Assembly (NCBI GenBank): GCA_012295275.1
Contig: CM022665.1
Coordinates: 18,414,001 to 18,478,000 of the forward strand
From: Chrysomallon squamiferum
Lineage: Eukaryota; Animalia; Mollusca
Length of the DNA: 64,000 nucleotides
Direction of reading: 5' to 3'
The position numbers and the translations under genes are program-made. The notes beneath the pieces are model-generated. The model saw only the letters and a list, made by a program, of their open reading frames with translations, searched no databases and had not been told where the DNA came from. Positions 42,072 to 54,841 of this stretch are shown one piece after another (within the stretch, counting starts at the first letter, position 1; each line of letters begins with the position of its first letter).

Positions 42072-45000
42072 CTGAAAAAAATAAAATAAAATAAAATAAA
42101 ATAAAATAAAATAAATTAATAATAACAATATTTATACTACTACTGCTAATAATAAATAAATAAATAAATAAATAAATATATAAATAAAACAAAAATAAAA
42201 GCATATATACATGTATGTATGTTAGAAAGTACTGGGTGGGAACTTTCAATAAGTGGTGTCTGAACATGTGATTTCATTTCACATGTGACTGAAATAAATG
42301 ACATGTATACATATTCTGAAAGCTGAACAAAATGGCATATTTGCTTGAATACATCTAAGTACAAATATCGAAAAATATTGTCTTTGCATTTCATTTAAAA
42401 AATGTGGTGAACTTTTGCTTAAATCCATTAAAATTTTGTTTATGTAATAATGACTACAAGCAAAAATCTCAAGCTTATTACAGTTATTGTAGCCACTAAT
42501 AAAATATATAACACAGATTATTATTTTCTTTAACCTTCACCGAAAAAGAATGTAATTTTGATCTTTGTTTATGGTAAACACTACTAACTATGAAATTAAT
42601 AAAGAAATCAGTTTTATGAAATACAGTATTCCCTCGCTATTTGCGGGGGTTACGTTCTTTACCCCCCTGCGAATAGCGAAAAACAGCGAATATTGGATGC
42701 AGTTTTAAAACGTCTATTATGAGATTATATACGGTACTAAATGCTTCCCGAACACTTTCTAAAGACACTCTTACTCATTAATACAGTAATAATGTAGTAA
42801 TATTGCATGCAGTTATGTATTTCATTAATGTAGTAATGATAATGTAAACACATTTTAATTTTGTACTGAAACAATATTTTAATCAGAAAGAAACGTAAGT
42901 ACAGGAGGACAGTAACACCGCATAGCATAGTTACCCATACTGTATTACTGTACCGTAATTTTCTATGCGTACAACATATGTATTAGAATTGACAGAAAGT
43001 GGAACAAATTTAAAGGCAAACAGACAGATAAATACAGTACGCACAGTTCATGTAATAATAATACAATTCAGTAATAATATGCAATTAAAAACATTATTAA
43101 TACACGGTCACAAAAAATATGCACTGTACATACAGTGTATGCATTTATAAAAAAATACGTACTGTATTGCAATAATAATTGAAAAAATTTGATATTGTTT
43201 GTGCTGTCACCAATAATGAATGATAATAAAATGATGATGAAATTTGCAGTGCCATACGATGATGATGATAACACTAATGTACAGTATGGCACAGCTTAGC
43301 TGCTGCTTTACAGCACTTTAGGTAATTATTCCTACTCTTCAGGCACTTAAGTCTCTATGACCTACAAAAACCCGGTTTACCGAGCATTTGTTTTTATGAC
43401 ATTATGACGCTCGCCTGGTATACCAGCATACGATGCGATAGGGTTAAGAGCCTAACCCGCGAATATGCGGGGCCGCGAATGGGGAACTGCGAACAGGTGA
43501 GGGTATACTGTATAGTCAAAGGGACATAACTTTTAGTTAAAAGAAGAAAAAAACAAAAAAACAAAAAAACACTACTAGAGAATACAGTACTTTAAACCAA
43601 AATAATTTAAATAACATAAATACATATATTAAATTAACATTTTTATTATTATTATTATTATAAAATAAAAAAATAAAAAAAAACATTTTCAATTGTCTTG
43701 ATTTCTAAATGTTAAATAAATATAAATATTTTAAAAAACTTACATGAATTGTGGCTGCTATTTCTGCTCCAAATCCCATTGTAATTGGTGCTTCATGGGC
43801 TATTAGTGCTTTACCAGTCTTTGCCACTGACTAAAAATAAAATCAATAAATAACAATACACGTAGACGTAAAGACAGATGTTATATTATCTAAATAATTT
43901 AAATAATTAATAATGTATTAATCCATTTAAGTTGGCAAATATAATATTGAAAAAATATGGTTAAATCACTGTATGTGAAGTAGTAAGGGTATCTTAGAGT
44001 ATTGTTATAAGACGTGTGGTCATGTGATACAACTTCATTGATTTTGAATGCATTTTGAAATATTAATGAAGATGTGCATTTTCCAATATTTATTCATGGA
44101 AGCCTTTGTCATAGTTAATTGTTAATTACTATACATAATTGCTGGTGTGTGTCCATGTCTTGGAATACACAGGTGTTCATGTAAATGTGTATATGTCTGT
44201 GTGTGTTATAATGAATCACAAAACAGAATTAACCTCTGTATTATTAGACTATACCTAATTGCTTTTGTATATATGTATGTGAATCTGTCTGTCTGTCTGT
44301 CTATCCATCCATCCGTATGTAAAATGTGTTTGTATCATAATGAATCATGAAACAAAATTATTCTTCACATTATTACACTACCTGCTTTTGAACATATATA
44401 ACATATATATGTGAATATACCTTTATTTTTCTATAAATGCCATGAATCACAAGAGAATTAATCTATACATGATATTATTTTTCAACAAACTTTGCAACAC
44501 AACACAATGACAAAGATTACAAAGATAAAAACTTGGCAGTCAAGTCTAAATAACTCTGAAGTGATTTTTGTCACTGGTAACAAAAGACTTGTATTTTGAT
44601 AAAAAGAATTTAAAATGTAAGTCTTCTTCTTCGTTGTCATGACAACCATATGTTGCATCTCTGAGAACAAAAACTTTTGTTCTCAGTCTCAACTTGTGTT
44701 TAGTTAATGGAAGATAAGATTTCTTTTTGACAGGAAGTTTTTTTGTTTGGTGAAATAATCAAGTGTTTATTTTAGCAGTTTTATTTAAACAAATTTAAAA
44801 AAAATAATATTAAAAATTAAAAATAATAACAATAAAATGCCTGAGATAACAAAGAAGCTTGCTAATGTAAAAGGAAGTTGTTTCAATGCTATTAACAAAA
44901 TAGCCTGCTGGAAGATTTATGTTGCCTATAGCAACAAATACTGATAAAAAAAAGAAGTCTTTTGTTAATATTAAAGATTTTAAACAAATTTTGTTATTGC

Positions 45001-47912
45001 TAGTAGTAACATTAAACCATGTTTTTTCAAAAGCAGTGTTGATTTGGTAGATTTATCAATAATAATTCTGATAAAATAAGAGGCAAAAACAAAAAATAAA
45101 TAAATAAATAATAACAAAAAATAAATAAATAAACAATATAAAAATAACAGATATAAATACAATAAAATTTACAGGAATTTCAAATATTGAAATGAGAAAA
45201 ATATCTGAAGACAAGTTTAACTCTCAATTTATTCAATTTATGTCGAGATGAATTGAAAAAGAAATCAGTCAAAGGGAAAACAAGTTTGCCAAATTTCATA
45301 CTGAACACTGATATCACTCTTAAAAGAATTACTGAAAAAATAAAAAAATAAAAAAATAAATAATCAACAAATAATACCAAAAGACCCTCAAAAAATCTTT
45401 CATAGGTTCATTACTTTGCTATGGTAATTTAACTTGATGTGTATACACAGGGAGAAAAATGGAACAGCCTGAAATCAACCAACCTGACACACTGTTTCTT
45501 TGTCCCAAGGAAGTAGTGTCCTTAGATCAATAAGCTCACAAGATACATTTAACTTCTCCTGAGCCATTGTAACAACCTCCTTCAACACATGTACCTGGGT
45601 GCCCCACCCCACAAGTGTAACATCTGTCCCTGAAGAATAAATAAAACAATAATTAGCCATATTAAATATGGATTGGAAAATATATCTCATTTTATGATTT
45701 ATCAATAATTTTGTGTACATGTGTATACAAGTGTCTTTTTGTGTGTGTGTATTTGGGTGCATGGTTATATGTGATTATATATGCATATATGTGAGATTAT
45801 ATATTTGTGTATATGTGTATGGATGTTACTGTGTGTATGTTTGTATATGTACATTAGTGTACATATTTGAATGTTTGTGTGTGTGTATGTGTATGTGTGT
45901 GTGTGTGTATATGTGTGTGTGCATATATCTGTATGTATATCTACGTTTGTAAATAGATATTACGACATCAATACAAAAATATTCTGCAATTTATAAATAT
46001 ATTATTTTATACTCAACCCTCAATTAAAACTTCAGCTTTTGACAAAGGCAAAGAGTAGTCGCCCACTGGAACTTCTTCAATTGCCGCTCTATACAGAATC
46101 TTGGGTTCAAAGAAAATACATGGATTGTCGTCTCTTATACAACTTAGTAACAGGCCCTTAGCTTCTATTGGTCCTCTAGGAATAACAATCTGCAATAAAA
46201 TCAAATTTAAAAACAACAACATAATAATAAATAAATAAAAATAAATATATAAATTAAACAAAGAATTTTAAGAGATTGAAAAAAAATATTAAAAAAAAAA
46301 TAAAAAAATACCAACATTCACAACTGATATTAATTTTTAATTTGTTTTCCTAAATTCTTACCTTTAAGCCTGGCATGTGGCCAAAGAAAGCTTCGACCAT
46401 CTGAGAGTGATAGAGGGCTCCGTGGCCAACAGCTCCGCAAGGAGAACGAATTGTCAGTCGACCAACATCAAAGAGATTGCCTGATCTGTACCGAAACATG
46501 GCTGCTTCATTTCTTATCTAAGTTAAACAAATTCACAAAAATTTCAAACATTTTTAAAAAGATGTGTCTATCTTTCTCTCTCACATAAATATTAACATAC
46601 AACCATTAGTTATTTAAAAAAAAAAACATCAGCATGGATATCATTATATCCCAGATTGATTAGTTTAAACTTTCTAAATATATGTTAATGTAAAATACAA
46701 AAATAATTATCTATTAAACAATTTTCACTAAAAAGTGGATTTATATACTGTGTCAAATGATTGATTTTATTTATCTGTTAAACAATTTTCATTAAATCAT
46801 GTTAAGAAAACGTACATTTAAATCCTATTTCCTGGTTTAAAGTAGCAGTAATACTTTTCTAAATCAATAAACTTGATCTTACTTGATCAAAGGCTGGGAA
46901 AATGTAATCTGCAAACTGGATTTCTGCAATAGCCGTGGATCCAGCCACTGCTAATCCAATACCAAATGCTACAATCCCCTGCTCACTGAGTGGACTGTTG
47001 AACACTCTCTCTTTACCTACAGAATATAAACTATTTAAACAGTGAAACAAAAATAATTTAAAAATAAATATAACTGTACAGTGCCTTTTTGAGTAATACA
47101 TCAAATTCTTAGTGACATACACTATTTCAAGGTGCTGGTACAACAACAACAAAATTTCATAGTCATATTCTGTTTAAAGGGGCAGATGCAACAACAACAA
47201 CAAAATGTCAGTTATATACAGTTTAAAAGTGCAGGTACAACAACAACAAAATTCAAACATACTTAATTTCAGTCACTGTACTTTGTACAATGCAGAATAT
47301 TTAAAAGTATTTTTCTTCATTTTACTATTCATGAAAAGCATGGCGATAATCAAAACTGATACCAAAAAATTATAACAAAATCTCTACAATAAGATTTAAA
47401 AAAAAAAATTTGGTCACTCACTGAATTACAATTATGTTTAAAAAGGAAAAAGTTTTGTAGTTACCATATTTATCTTTCAGACCAACTGTACATCTGAATA
47501 CTCCACCAAATGCCACATCTTCACCGAAAATAACTACAACAAATAAAACACCATTTCTGTTAACACTCTAAAAATTCAGATAACATGCAGAAATGTCAAC
47601 TTTTAGTACACAGTCATTCTAACTAAACAGGGCTAAATGGTCGTCATTTTCATATGAGGGGGATAATTAAAGTTTTGTGAGTCTCCTCTTGCATTTGTTT
47701 TACATTCATGGTCTTTGATGCAATTTAAGGAATGCTGCAAAGTACAATTATCTGAACATAAAAATAGAGAGTCCAGAATTATCAGTTTTTGAAAACAGGC
47801 ATAAAAATTTCCACATACAGATAATTTTATTTAAAATAATATTTATTTGTAACAATTCAGGTTGAATTTGATTCATTACTAAATACAGATAAGCAGATGG
47901 GGGGGGGAGGAG

Positions 47913-47974
<62 letters not shown>

Positions 47975-50900
47975 TTGCTACTAACTGCAATTAAGCAAAA
48001 TGGAAAGAGAATACTTGTATAAATAAAAAAATTACCAGCTGTTGGATCATTTGCTAAGGAAATGTCAAGAGCACTGGTGATTGACTGGAAAAGATTCATA
48101 CGTGTTGTCTCACCTAAGAAATAACATTAAAAAAAATTCTGTAAAATATAAAAATTTGTTGCCATGTTTAGCAGAGAAAAATAAGGAGATTCAGAAGACC
48201 TTATTAATGTAACAAACATTTAAAACTGGCTCTAGTGTTGAAAATATGGAAAAAAAAAAAAAAAAAAAATAATAACAAATACTAAAAAAATAAAAAAGTA
48301 AATGAAATGGTCTATTCCTTGTTACCAGAAGTTTTTGTTACTTTTTTGTTGTATTTGTAATAAGTTTAAGAAAAATTTTATATTACCTTTTTATGTAAAA
48401 TAGTAATATAACAAAGGTATTATAAAACTTTTCTTATCCAAACTTATAAATTAAAATAAGATGTCGTTTTTTTCAAAATGTTCTCTGTAACTGAAACAAT
48501 ACAAATGAGTGGTGTTGTACTATTATGTGGAAAAGTACATTCCTTTTTATTATATTACATTTTATTTATCTAATTATAATTTCATAAATAAAAATAATCA
48601 AAATTCTTTGAAAATTAATGAGAAAAACCTCTGCTAACAAAGGGTTGACATGGAGAGGATGACATTACCTATGTCTTCAATATCCTCACCATTTTTCATC
48701 ATTCAAAACAAATTTGTTTATGTAAGTTAACAGCATCACACTGATGATAATCCTGCAGTTTACATCTACCTCTTCAAAGTAGAAGTTTGGTCAGTGGTAA
48801 CTTCGGTAATTACAGACTGGTAATCTTGGCCCCCTTTTACATTATGAGATCTGGATTGAGAATGATTTCCTACTCCCTAGATGGCAGCACTTTGTAAAGT
48901 TGAGCGATTTGGAACTGTTCTGATATACATGGATCTGTCTCGGATCTAATTAATTAAGTCAGGTTTTAACGATTATTATTGAGTTAATAGTAATAACAAT
49001 ATTAGCCAAGCAGTATGCATCTAGACTGTAAATATGGTTGGATTTAATAAAGATGGAATATATTGTATAATTTGGCATGAATGCGCATGTGGGTGAAAAA
49101 CTTAAATACATACACATGCACACACACTTACACATACACAACACTATAGCTCTGTCTAGCTTTATTTACTATACATAGGAAGTTATCACATTCACTCATG
49201 CCATTTACACTAGAAAACCTGCTCCGAGTACCTCTACGTCTACTCTGAGTACCTCACTTCATAAACTATTAATATGTGCCGTGTCCATAAACCTAATTGC
49301 AATCAATGATTTGCGAACCAGTACATACAGCTCAATATATCAAAGTAGTCAATCTAAGGATAATGCAATTAAGGTAGTTTCACAAACTATAAAAGTATAT
49401 CATTTCGTTATGAATAACAAAGCTACAACTCCTACATGGTAACTGATACTGATACTAGTATTGTAATGACATGGCACAAGCAGCACTCAATGTGCCAGAT
49501 CCAAGCATAGCTTGTCATCATTCTATGCATCTACGACAGGAAGCTCTCCAGTGTGATGTTTGTCATTTGTGGAACTCCCACACCAATGTCTCCTATAGCC
49601 ATGGACATTTCCCATTCTGATCAGTTGCCATTAGATTTAAATGAATCATCTTTGATTGATCCCACCCCTTCATATGTACCCGCTGCTGTTCATGAAGTCC
49701 AGTACAAAGTTGTATGCGAAACATCTATCTGTGGAAAAGATAAACTATCTGACACTTTTGGTTATTCATATACAGTCAAGAAAAGGTATGGTGCTTCCAC
49801 CACATGGCGATGCTCAGTCTGCAACAAGCACATGCAGTGTCCCACCTCAGTGCGCAAGTTTGATGGAGAATTTTCTCAAGGCCTATGGGATCACCTCGAT
49901 CCACCCCAGCCTGACTCTGATATTGCCGTGTCCATCGCATGTCTAGCCAAAGAAAAAGCACACAAAAAACATGATTATTTGCCAGATGAAGAACCTTGTC
50001 CTGCACTCATAAGAACATATTCCACAGAATTTCCTCTGCAAGGATATAACACTAAATGACACACGACACATTATATTTGCCACAGATGAACAACTGCAAC
50101 TTCTGGCTAAGGCTAAAACATGGTACATGGACGCCACCTTCAAAGTGGTCAAAAAACCATCTAAGTTGAAGGGGTTTTTCAGTCACAGTTTCTGGCAATG
50201 TAGTCTGTGATTTATCCAAATGTTTAGTGTCCATGTTTTTGTGAGGCACAAAGACTGCACAAAACAGTTGCCACCTGTGACCAGCATGATGTCACGTAGG
50301 TCAAAGTAGGATTATGTCTCCATATTTTGTGCTATCCTGGAAATACTCCTGTCATTGCCTCAAGTCCAGCAAGTGGTTCTGGACTAAGAAGAAGCTATGT
50401 GGAGAGCTATGGCCTGTGTTATGCCAGGAGTCCAAGTGCTAGGTTGAGCATTTCATTTCACACAGGCAGTGTACTGGCATGTGCAGCAATTAGGAATGCA
50501 ACAGGTACATCAAACCGACGATGGCATGTTTAAATACATAAGGAAAATGATGGTAAACCACATCCCTGCATTGTTTGGACAGTTACAAAGAGAGGCCACT
50601 ACTGATAGCCTAAAATCCCTAAAAACATGGATCATCAGCACCGTGTGGCCACCATCAGCCTGGAGTGTCTATGGATTTAGCATCAAAACAAACAATGATG
50701 TTGAGGGGTGGCACAATAGGCTAAACAAGCATGCCATTCTATATCTTGATCATGCTGCTCCATGATGAAGCCAGATTAGTCCATCTCCAGGTCCAACTGG
50801 TGAGCGAATCAAAGCTCAAGTACCACCAAGAAAAGAAATACTGTGATCTATATAAGAAAATCTTCAATTATTGAGGAGAATATGTCAGTGGTACATGCAG

Positions 50901-51749
50901 TGCTGTTCAGCTTTTACGTGCTTGTTCCAGACTACATGGACCTGTACAATAAACGCATCCAATACTACAACTGTATCATGTTATCACTGTATATGTGTTA
51001 CAATAAATCACTCTTTGACAAAAAGTTGTTAATATTGTTGTTTATCACTGCCATTGGTTATTATGCAGCTTACTCAACAATTACACAAGGGATCCAATAT
51101 GACTAGAGGGCCGAGGCTACCAGTCCGAGATTACCATAATTCTAGAAGTTTTACTCAGCATTTTGCTTTGCTGCTAATGTTGATATAAACGTACTTTTGC
51201 TTATAAAATTTCTGATAATAGCCAATTCTTACAACCTTGATATTAATTGCTTTTGTCGGTTTTGGCAACAATAGGTGATCTGACGTGTTAAAAACTAAAG
51301 TAGTTTTATACAGCTGTATCTGTGTATGTGACATTTTTGCCCTTGCGATAAATCGTAACAAAATATTGAGTCAAATTTCTGCTAACAAGAAGTAAGCTAA
51401 ACACACACAACCTAAGACAATCTCAAGTCCACTAACGTCGGAACCAATGGAACATTTTTCACGATTAAGCAGGTTGGTCTTTCGCGTACTTACTTATTAC
51501 CCAGAGTTTGAAAGTAAATTACAACGTTACACCGTATAAAAGTAAACACATATCCTGATATCGTCAATATAAAATTACAACAATAAAAAAACCAACAACA
51601 ATCGCACCATGTTCTGGCGCTGCTGTATCAGGAACATAAGAAAAAGAGGCTGTCGTTCTTGGACTTGTCACTAAAATATTTCGAGTTTTAAAATGTCGAA
51701 TAAATAGCTTCTTCGCTGCCCTCGTGCAAAACACAAAAGCACCAGCCAT
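41931..51749 (-). CDS. BCKDHB: Branched-chain alpha-keto acid dehydrogenase E1 beta subunit, complete 9-exon gene (1125 nt CDS, 374 aa)
   Basis: Nine GT-AG exons join in frame without stops. The translation has [63 protein letters not shown] and [14 protein letters not shown]...[10 protein letters not shown], all recognisable from human BCKDHB, plus an Arg/Lys-rich mitochondrial-type presequence. Confidence 0.97.
42624..43510. mobile_element. pogo/Tigger-like non-autonomous element in BCKDHB intron 8
   Basis: TIR CAGTATTCCCTCGCTATTTGCG versus CAGTATACCCTCACCTGTTCGC (reverse complement of the right end), TA on both flanks, CpG-rich GCGAA subterminal repeats. Confidence 0.85.
43744..43830 (-). 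CDS. BCKDHB: BCKDHB exon 8 ([29 protein letters not shown])
   Basis: Read by hand; ttttag| acceptor, CAT|gtaag donor, 87 bp. Confidence 0.95.
45484..45629 (-). CDS. BCKDHB: BCKDHB exon 7 ([15 protein letters not shown]...WDKETVCQ)
   Basis: cttcag| acceptor, CAG|gttggt donor, 146 bp. Confidence 0.94.
46018..46189 (-). CDS. BCKDHB: BCKDHB exon 6 ([14 protein letters not shown]...AEVLIE)
   Basis: ttgcag| acceptor, G|gttgag donor, 172 bp. Confidence 0.94.
46362..46517 (-). CDS. BCKDHB: BCKDHB exon 5 ([52 protein letters not shown])
   Basis: Read by hand; acttag| acceptor, AAG|gtaag donor, 156 bp. Confidence 0.96.
46883..47016 (-). CDS. BCKDHB: BCKDHB exon 4 ([15 protein letters not shown]...FPAFDQ)
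   Basis: ctgtag| acceptor, CAA|gtaag donor, 134 bp. Confidence 0.96.
47465..47533 (-). CDS. BCKDHB: BCKDHB exon 3 ([23 protein letters not shown])
   Basis: Not in the ORF track; read by hand. gttgtag| acceptor, G|gtaac donor, 69 bp. Confidence 0.95.
48036..48113 (-). CDS. BCKDHB: BCKDHB exon 2 ([26 protein letters not shown])
   Basis: ttcttag| acceptor, G|gtaat donor, 78 bp. Confidence 0.95.
48805..51135 (+). mobile_element. Decayed Mutator-like (MULE) DNA transposon in BCKDHB intron 1
   Basis: Degenerate ~31-bp TIRs (GGTAATTACAGACTGGTAATCTTGGCCCCCT versus the reverse complement of the right end, GGTAATCTCGGACTGGTAGCCTCGGCCCTCT) enclose transposase remnants; no clear TSD. Confidence 0.8.
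49553..50950 (+). pseudogene. FLYWCH + MULE transposase pseudogene
   Basis: GYSYTVKK...TTWRCS...C..H (FLYWCH-type finger), [26 protein letters not shown] (first catalytic D), ..FHFTQAV..VQQLG, and [12 protein letters not shown] (catalytic E), broken by stops and frameshifts. Confidence 0.88.
51608..51749 (-). CDS. BCKDHB: BCKDHB exon 1 (transit peptide; [21 protein letters not shown]...[12 protein letters not shown])
   Basis: ATG at 51749; basic amphipathic N-terminus; donor G|GTGCGA in phase 1, compatible with exon 2. Confidence 0.85.
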
Positions 51750-52040
51750 GATGAATTCTTTATTACAATTTCCTCCAATATTCTTAAAAGCATCATGGAA
51801 CCTTCGACCAGTAAATGAAAACTTTGATTTATTTCACTGGCACATTTTCAGCAGAAAAAATACAAAATAAAAACACCTGTTAATTTTATTAAGTATAATT
51901 AATTTAATAATATAGGCTGGTGAAAGGAGAAGCGACGTTTTAACTGTAAAAACATTAGTATATACGTTTTAGACTGATTTGTGCATAGGCCATTAGCTAT
52001 TCAGCGGAATCTTACGAAATAGCAGTACACAAATACCAAC
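51750..52040. promoter_or_regulatory. Shared bidirectional promoter / 5' UTR region of BCKDHB and ATE1
   Basis: Only 291 bp between the divergent start codons; CpG visibly more frequent from about 51300 to 52150 than in the adjacent introns; YY1-like CAACATGGCG overlaps the ATE1 ATG. Confidence 0.8.
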
Positions 52041-52140
52041 ATGGCGATGCATAAAGAACCGTCTATTGTCGAGTTTTTCACAGGCAATGAAGGCCACCGT
52101 TGTGGATATTGTGGTTCCAGTAACACCAATCATTCTCATG
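52041..52140 (+). CDS. ATE1: ATE1 exon 1 (MAMHKEPSIVEFFTGNEGHRCGYCGSSNTNHSH)
   Basis: Not in the ORF track; caacATGG start context, RCGYC motif, G|gtatgt donor, 100 bp. Confidence 0.93.
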
Positions 52141-54810
52141 GTATGTAATTTTATATTTAAACTTTTACGTTTCATATTTTCATTTCTGTTTCAGAGATTT
52201 TGATTGATAATCAATGAATCATATTCATAACCCATGATATTTGATAACGATATGACATTCACATGATAAGTTGTTAACTTAGAAATAAAAAAAAAAAAAA
52301 AAAAAAAGTTAAAAAAAAAAAATAAATAAATAAAAATAAAATAAAATAACGAAAAAATAAATAGCAAAACAAAAATAAATAATATATGGGTCATTCCGTG
52401 TCAAATCACCCCCAAAAAAAAAGAAATTTAAACCCGACCGTCTCAGATTTTTATAAAACTTGGTATATTTGTTGACTGGGATCCCACAGCACCAAATCTG
52501 AAATATTAGCCCAATCAGACCAGTGGTGTGGGAGATACGGCCCACGGAATTTTGAGATTTTTGCCAAAAATGGGTGTGACCACCAACCTTAGAACCCTCA
52601 TATCTCAGGAACTACTGGGCCAATCTTCATAAAATTGGTATTATTAGAAAGGCAAAATAACAAGGATACCAAATCTGCCATTTTTGTTTAGTTTGGAAAA
52701 TACTGATTTGAATTCTATTCTGTTGAGTTTAGGCGAAACTCCTGTCAAACTCCATTCACTAGCGCATTCCAGTAAATGAATGAAAGGACAGAAAAAAACT
52801 AGCATCAGCTACAGTAACATTAAAATGACATCTTAATGTCTGAATCCTACACAGAGCGTGTGCAAATCTTGATTTTGTCACCCTTTACCATTGAAAGGAC
52901 AATGAATTGAAGGAGGAAATAATCCAATTTTATGAAAGTGATGAGAACAGTAGAATGTGTCTGGGAATGAAGGATACAGTGAGCATTTGAAACAAACATA
53001 GTGAGAAGGTTAAGCATCAGAAACACCTAGTTCTCTCAAATTTATGTGAACTTTATGCATACATGTAGGCCTACAATGTCTTACTCGATGATTAAGAGAG
53101 ATGGTGATTCCTAGCATCCAGAATTGATCATTCAGGTTTTAGTTAATCAGATGTTAATGGCTGAAAAGGTGTTATTTTCATGTATGTGCATTTTTTAAAT
53201 CTATATTGTGGCTAAACAAAAAATATTACACCCAGGAAACTTTTATATGTTTTAGTTAACATGTGGGAGATTAAATTTCAATAAAGGTCATCTCACGATC
53301 ATGTGATCCACATGGTCAATTTCAAGGTCATAGCAAAGGTCAAAAGGTCAAAGTACTCCAATATTTTCCAAACTAAACAAAAATGGCAGATTTGGTATCC
53401 TTGTCATTTTGCCTTTCTAACAATACCAATTTTATGAAGATTGGCCCAGTAGTTCCTGAGATATGAGGGTTCTAAGGTTGGTGGTCATGCCCATTTTTGG
53501 CAAAAATCTCAAAATTCCGTGGGCCATAACAGAATAGAATTCAAATCAATATTTTCCAAACTAAACAAAAATGGCAGATTTGGTATCCTTGTTATTTTGC
53601 CTTTCTAATAATACCAATTTTATGAAGACTGGCCCAGTAGTTCCTGAGATATGAGGGTTCTAAGGTTGGTGGTCACACCCATTTTTGGCAAAAATCTCAA
53701 AATTCCGTGGGCCATATCTCCCACACCACTGGTCTGATTGGGCTAATATTTCAGATTTGGTGCTGTGGGATCTCAGTCAACAAGTATACCAAGTTTCATA
53801 AAAATCTGAGACGGTCGGGTTTAAACCATTGGGTGATTTGACACGGAATGACCCATATATAAAAAAAATAATAAAATAGTTAAATGAGTATTGAATAATA
53901 AAAGTCATGAAACATACAAATAAAAACTATTGTAATTAAAAAAAATTAATCTTAAGTAGTTATGGTGAAATATTGCAACATCTTAATTTTTATTTGATTT
54001 ATTTATTTATGTGTGTATGTGTTTGTCATTGTGCATGTTTATTTGGGTGTGTTTGTGTATGTATTCCAATAGAATTTTAATTAATATATTATTGCAATAC
54101 ATAAAGATACAGGAAGTTCTAATATTAATAAGTTGAGATGTTTATGTCTTATTCATGTAATGAATTACCAATTTTACATAATCTACAACTATTCTGTGTC
54201 TGTGTGTATGGCTGTCTGTCTGTCTGTCTGTCTATATATTATTTTGAAAACAAAAATATTTTCAGGAATGTGGGCACACACAATGGCAGTTGATGATTAT
54301 GAACAACTTGTCTGCCGTGGATGGAGAAGGTAAAATAAACTTCAGTGAGATTGTTTTACATTTATGTTCACAGAGTGAAAAAATCAAACTTCGTCAGACT
54401 TTCAAACAAAAGCATGAAATGTTTCTTTATCCCTTCAGTACATTCATTTGACTTCCATATTCACAGAAACAAACTTCTTCAGACTTTCAAACATGAGTAG
54501 ATAACTGTTGAGAGAATACTTAAATTATTAGTTCTTAGTGACTTCTGGTTTCCAAGATATTTAAGAAAAAAAGAAGAAAAGAATGATAATTGATTTTAAA
54601 AATATTTAAATCTAGAAATTTTGATCAGATTTAAAATTAAAAAAATAATAAAATAAAATAAAAGAAAAGAAATATTGAAATAAATAATAAATAAAAATGA
54701 ATTGATAAAAATAAAAGTATTAAAATAATTAATAAATAAAAATAGAAATGAATTGATAAAAATAAAAGCATAGAAATAAATAAAATGAATTAAAGAAAAC
54801 AAAAATATTG

Positions 54811-54841
<31 letters not shown>

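Noticed and set aside
47130-47255. About 2.5 copies of a ~50-bp repeat in BCKDHB intron 3 (similar small duplications at 14715-14812 and 27503-27575)
   Set aside because: Ordinary local slippage duplications with no sign of function.
49656-50249. Alternative-frame and antisense ORFs inside the MULE
   Set aside because: By-products of the decayed transposase sequence.
51993-52175. Minus-strand 60-aa ORF overlapping ATE1 exon 1
   Set aside because: Antisense shadow of the real ATE1 exon.
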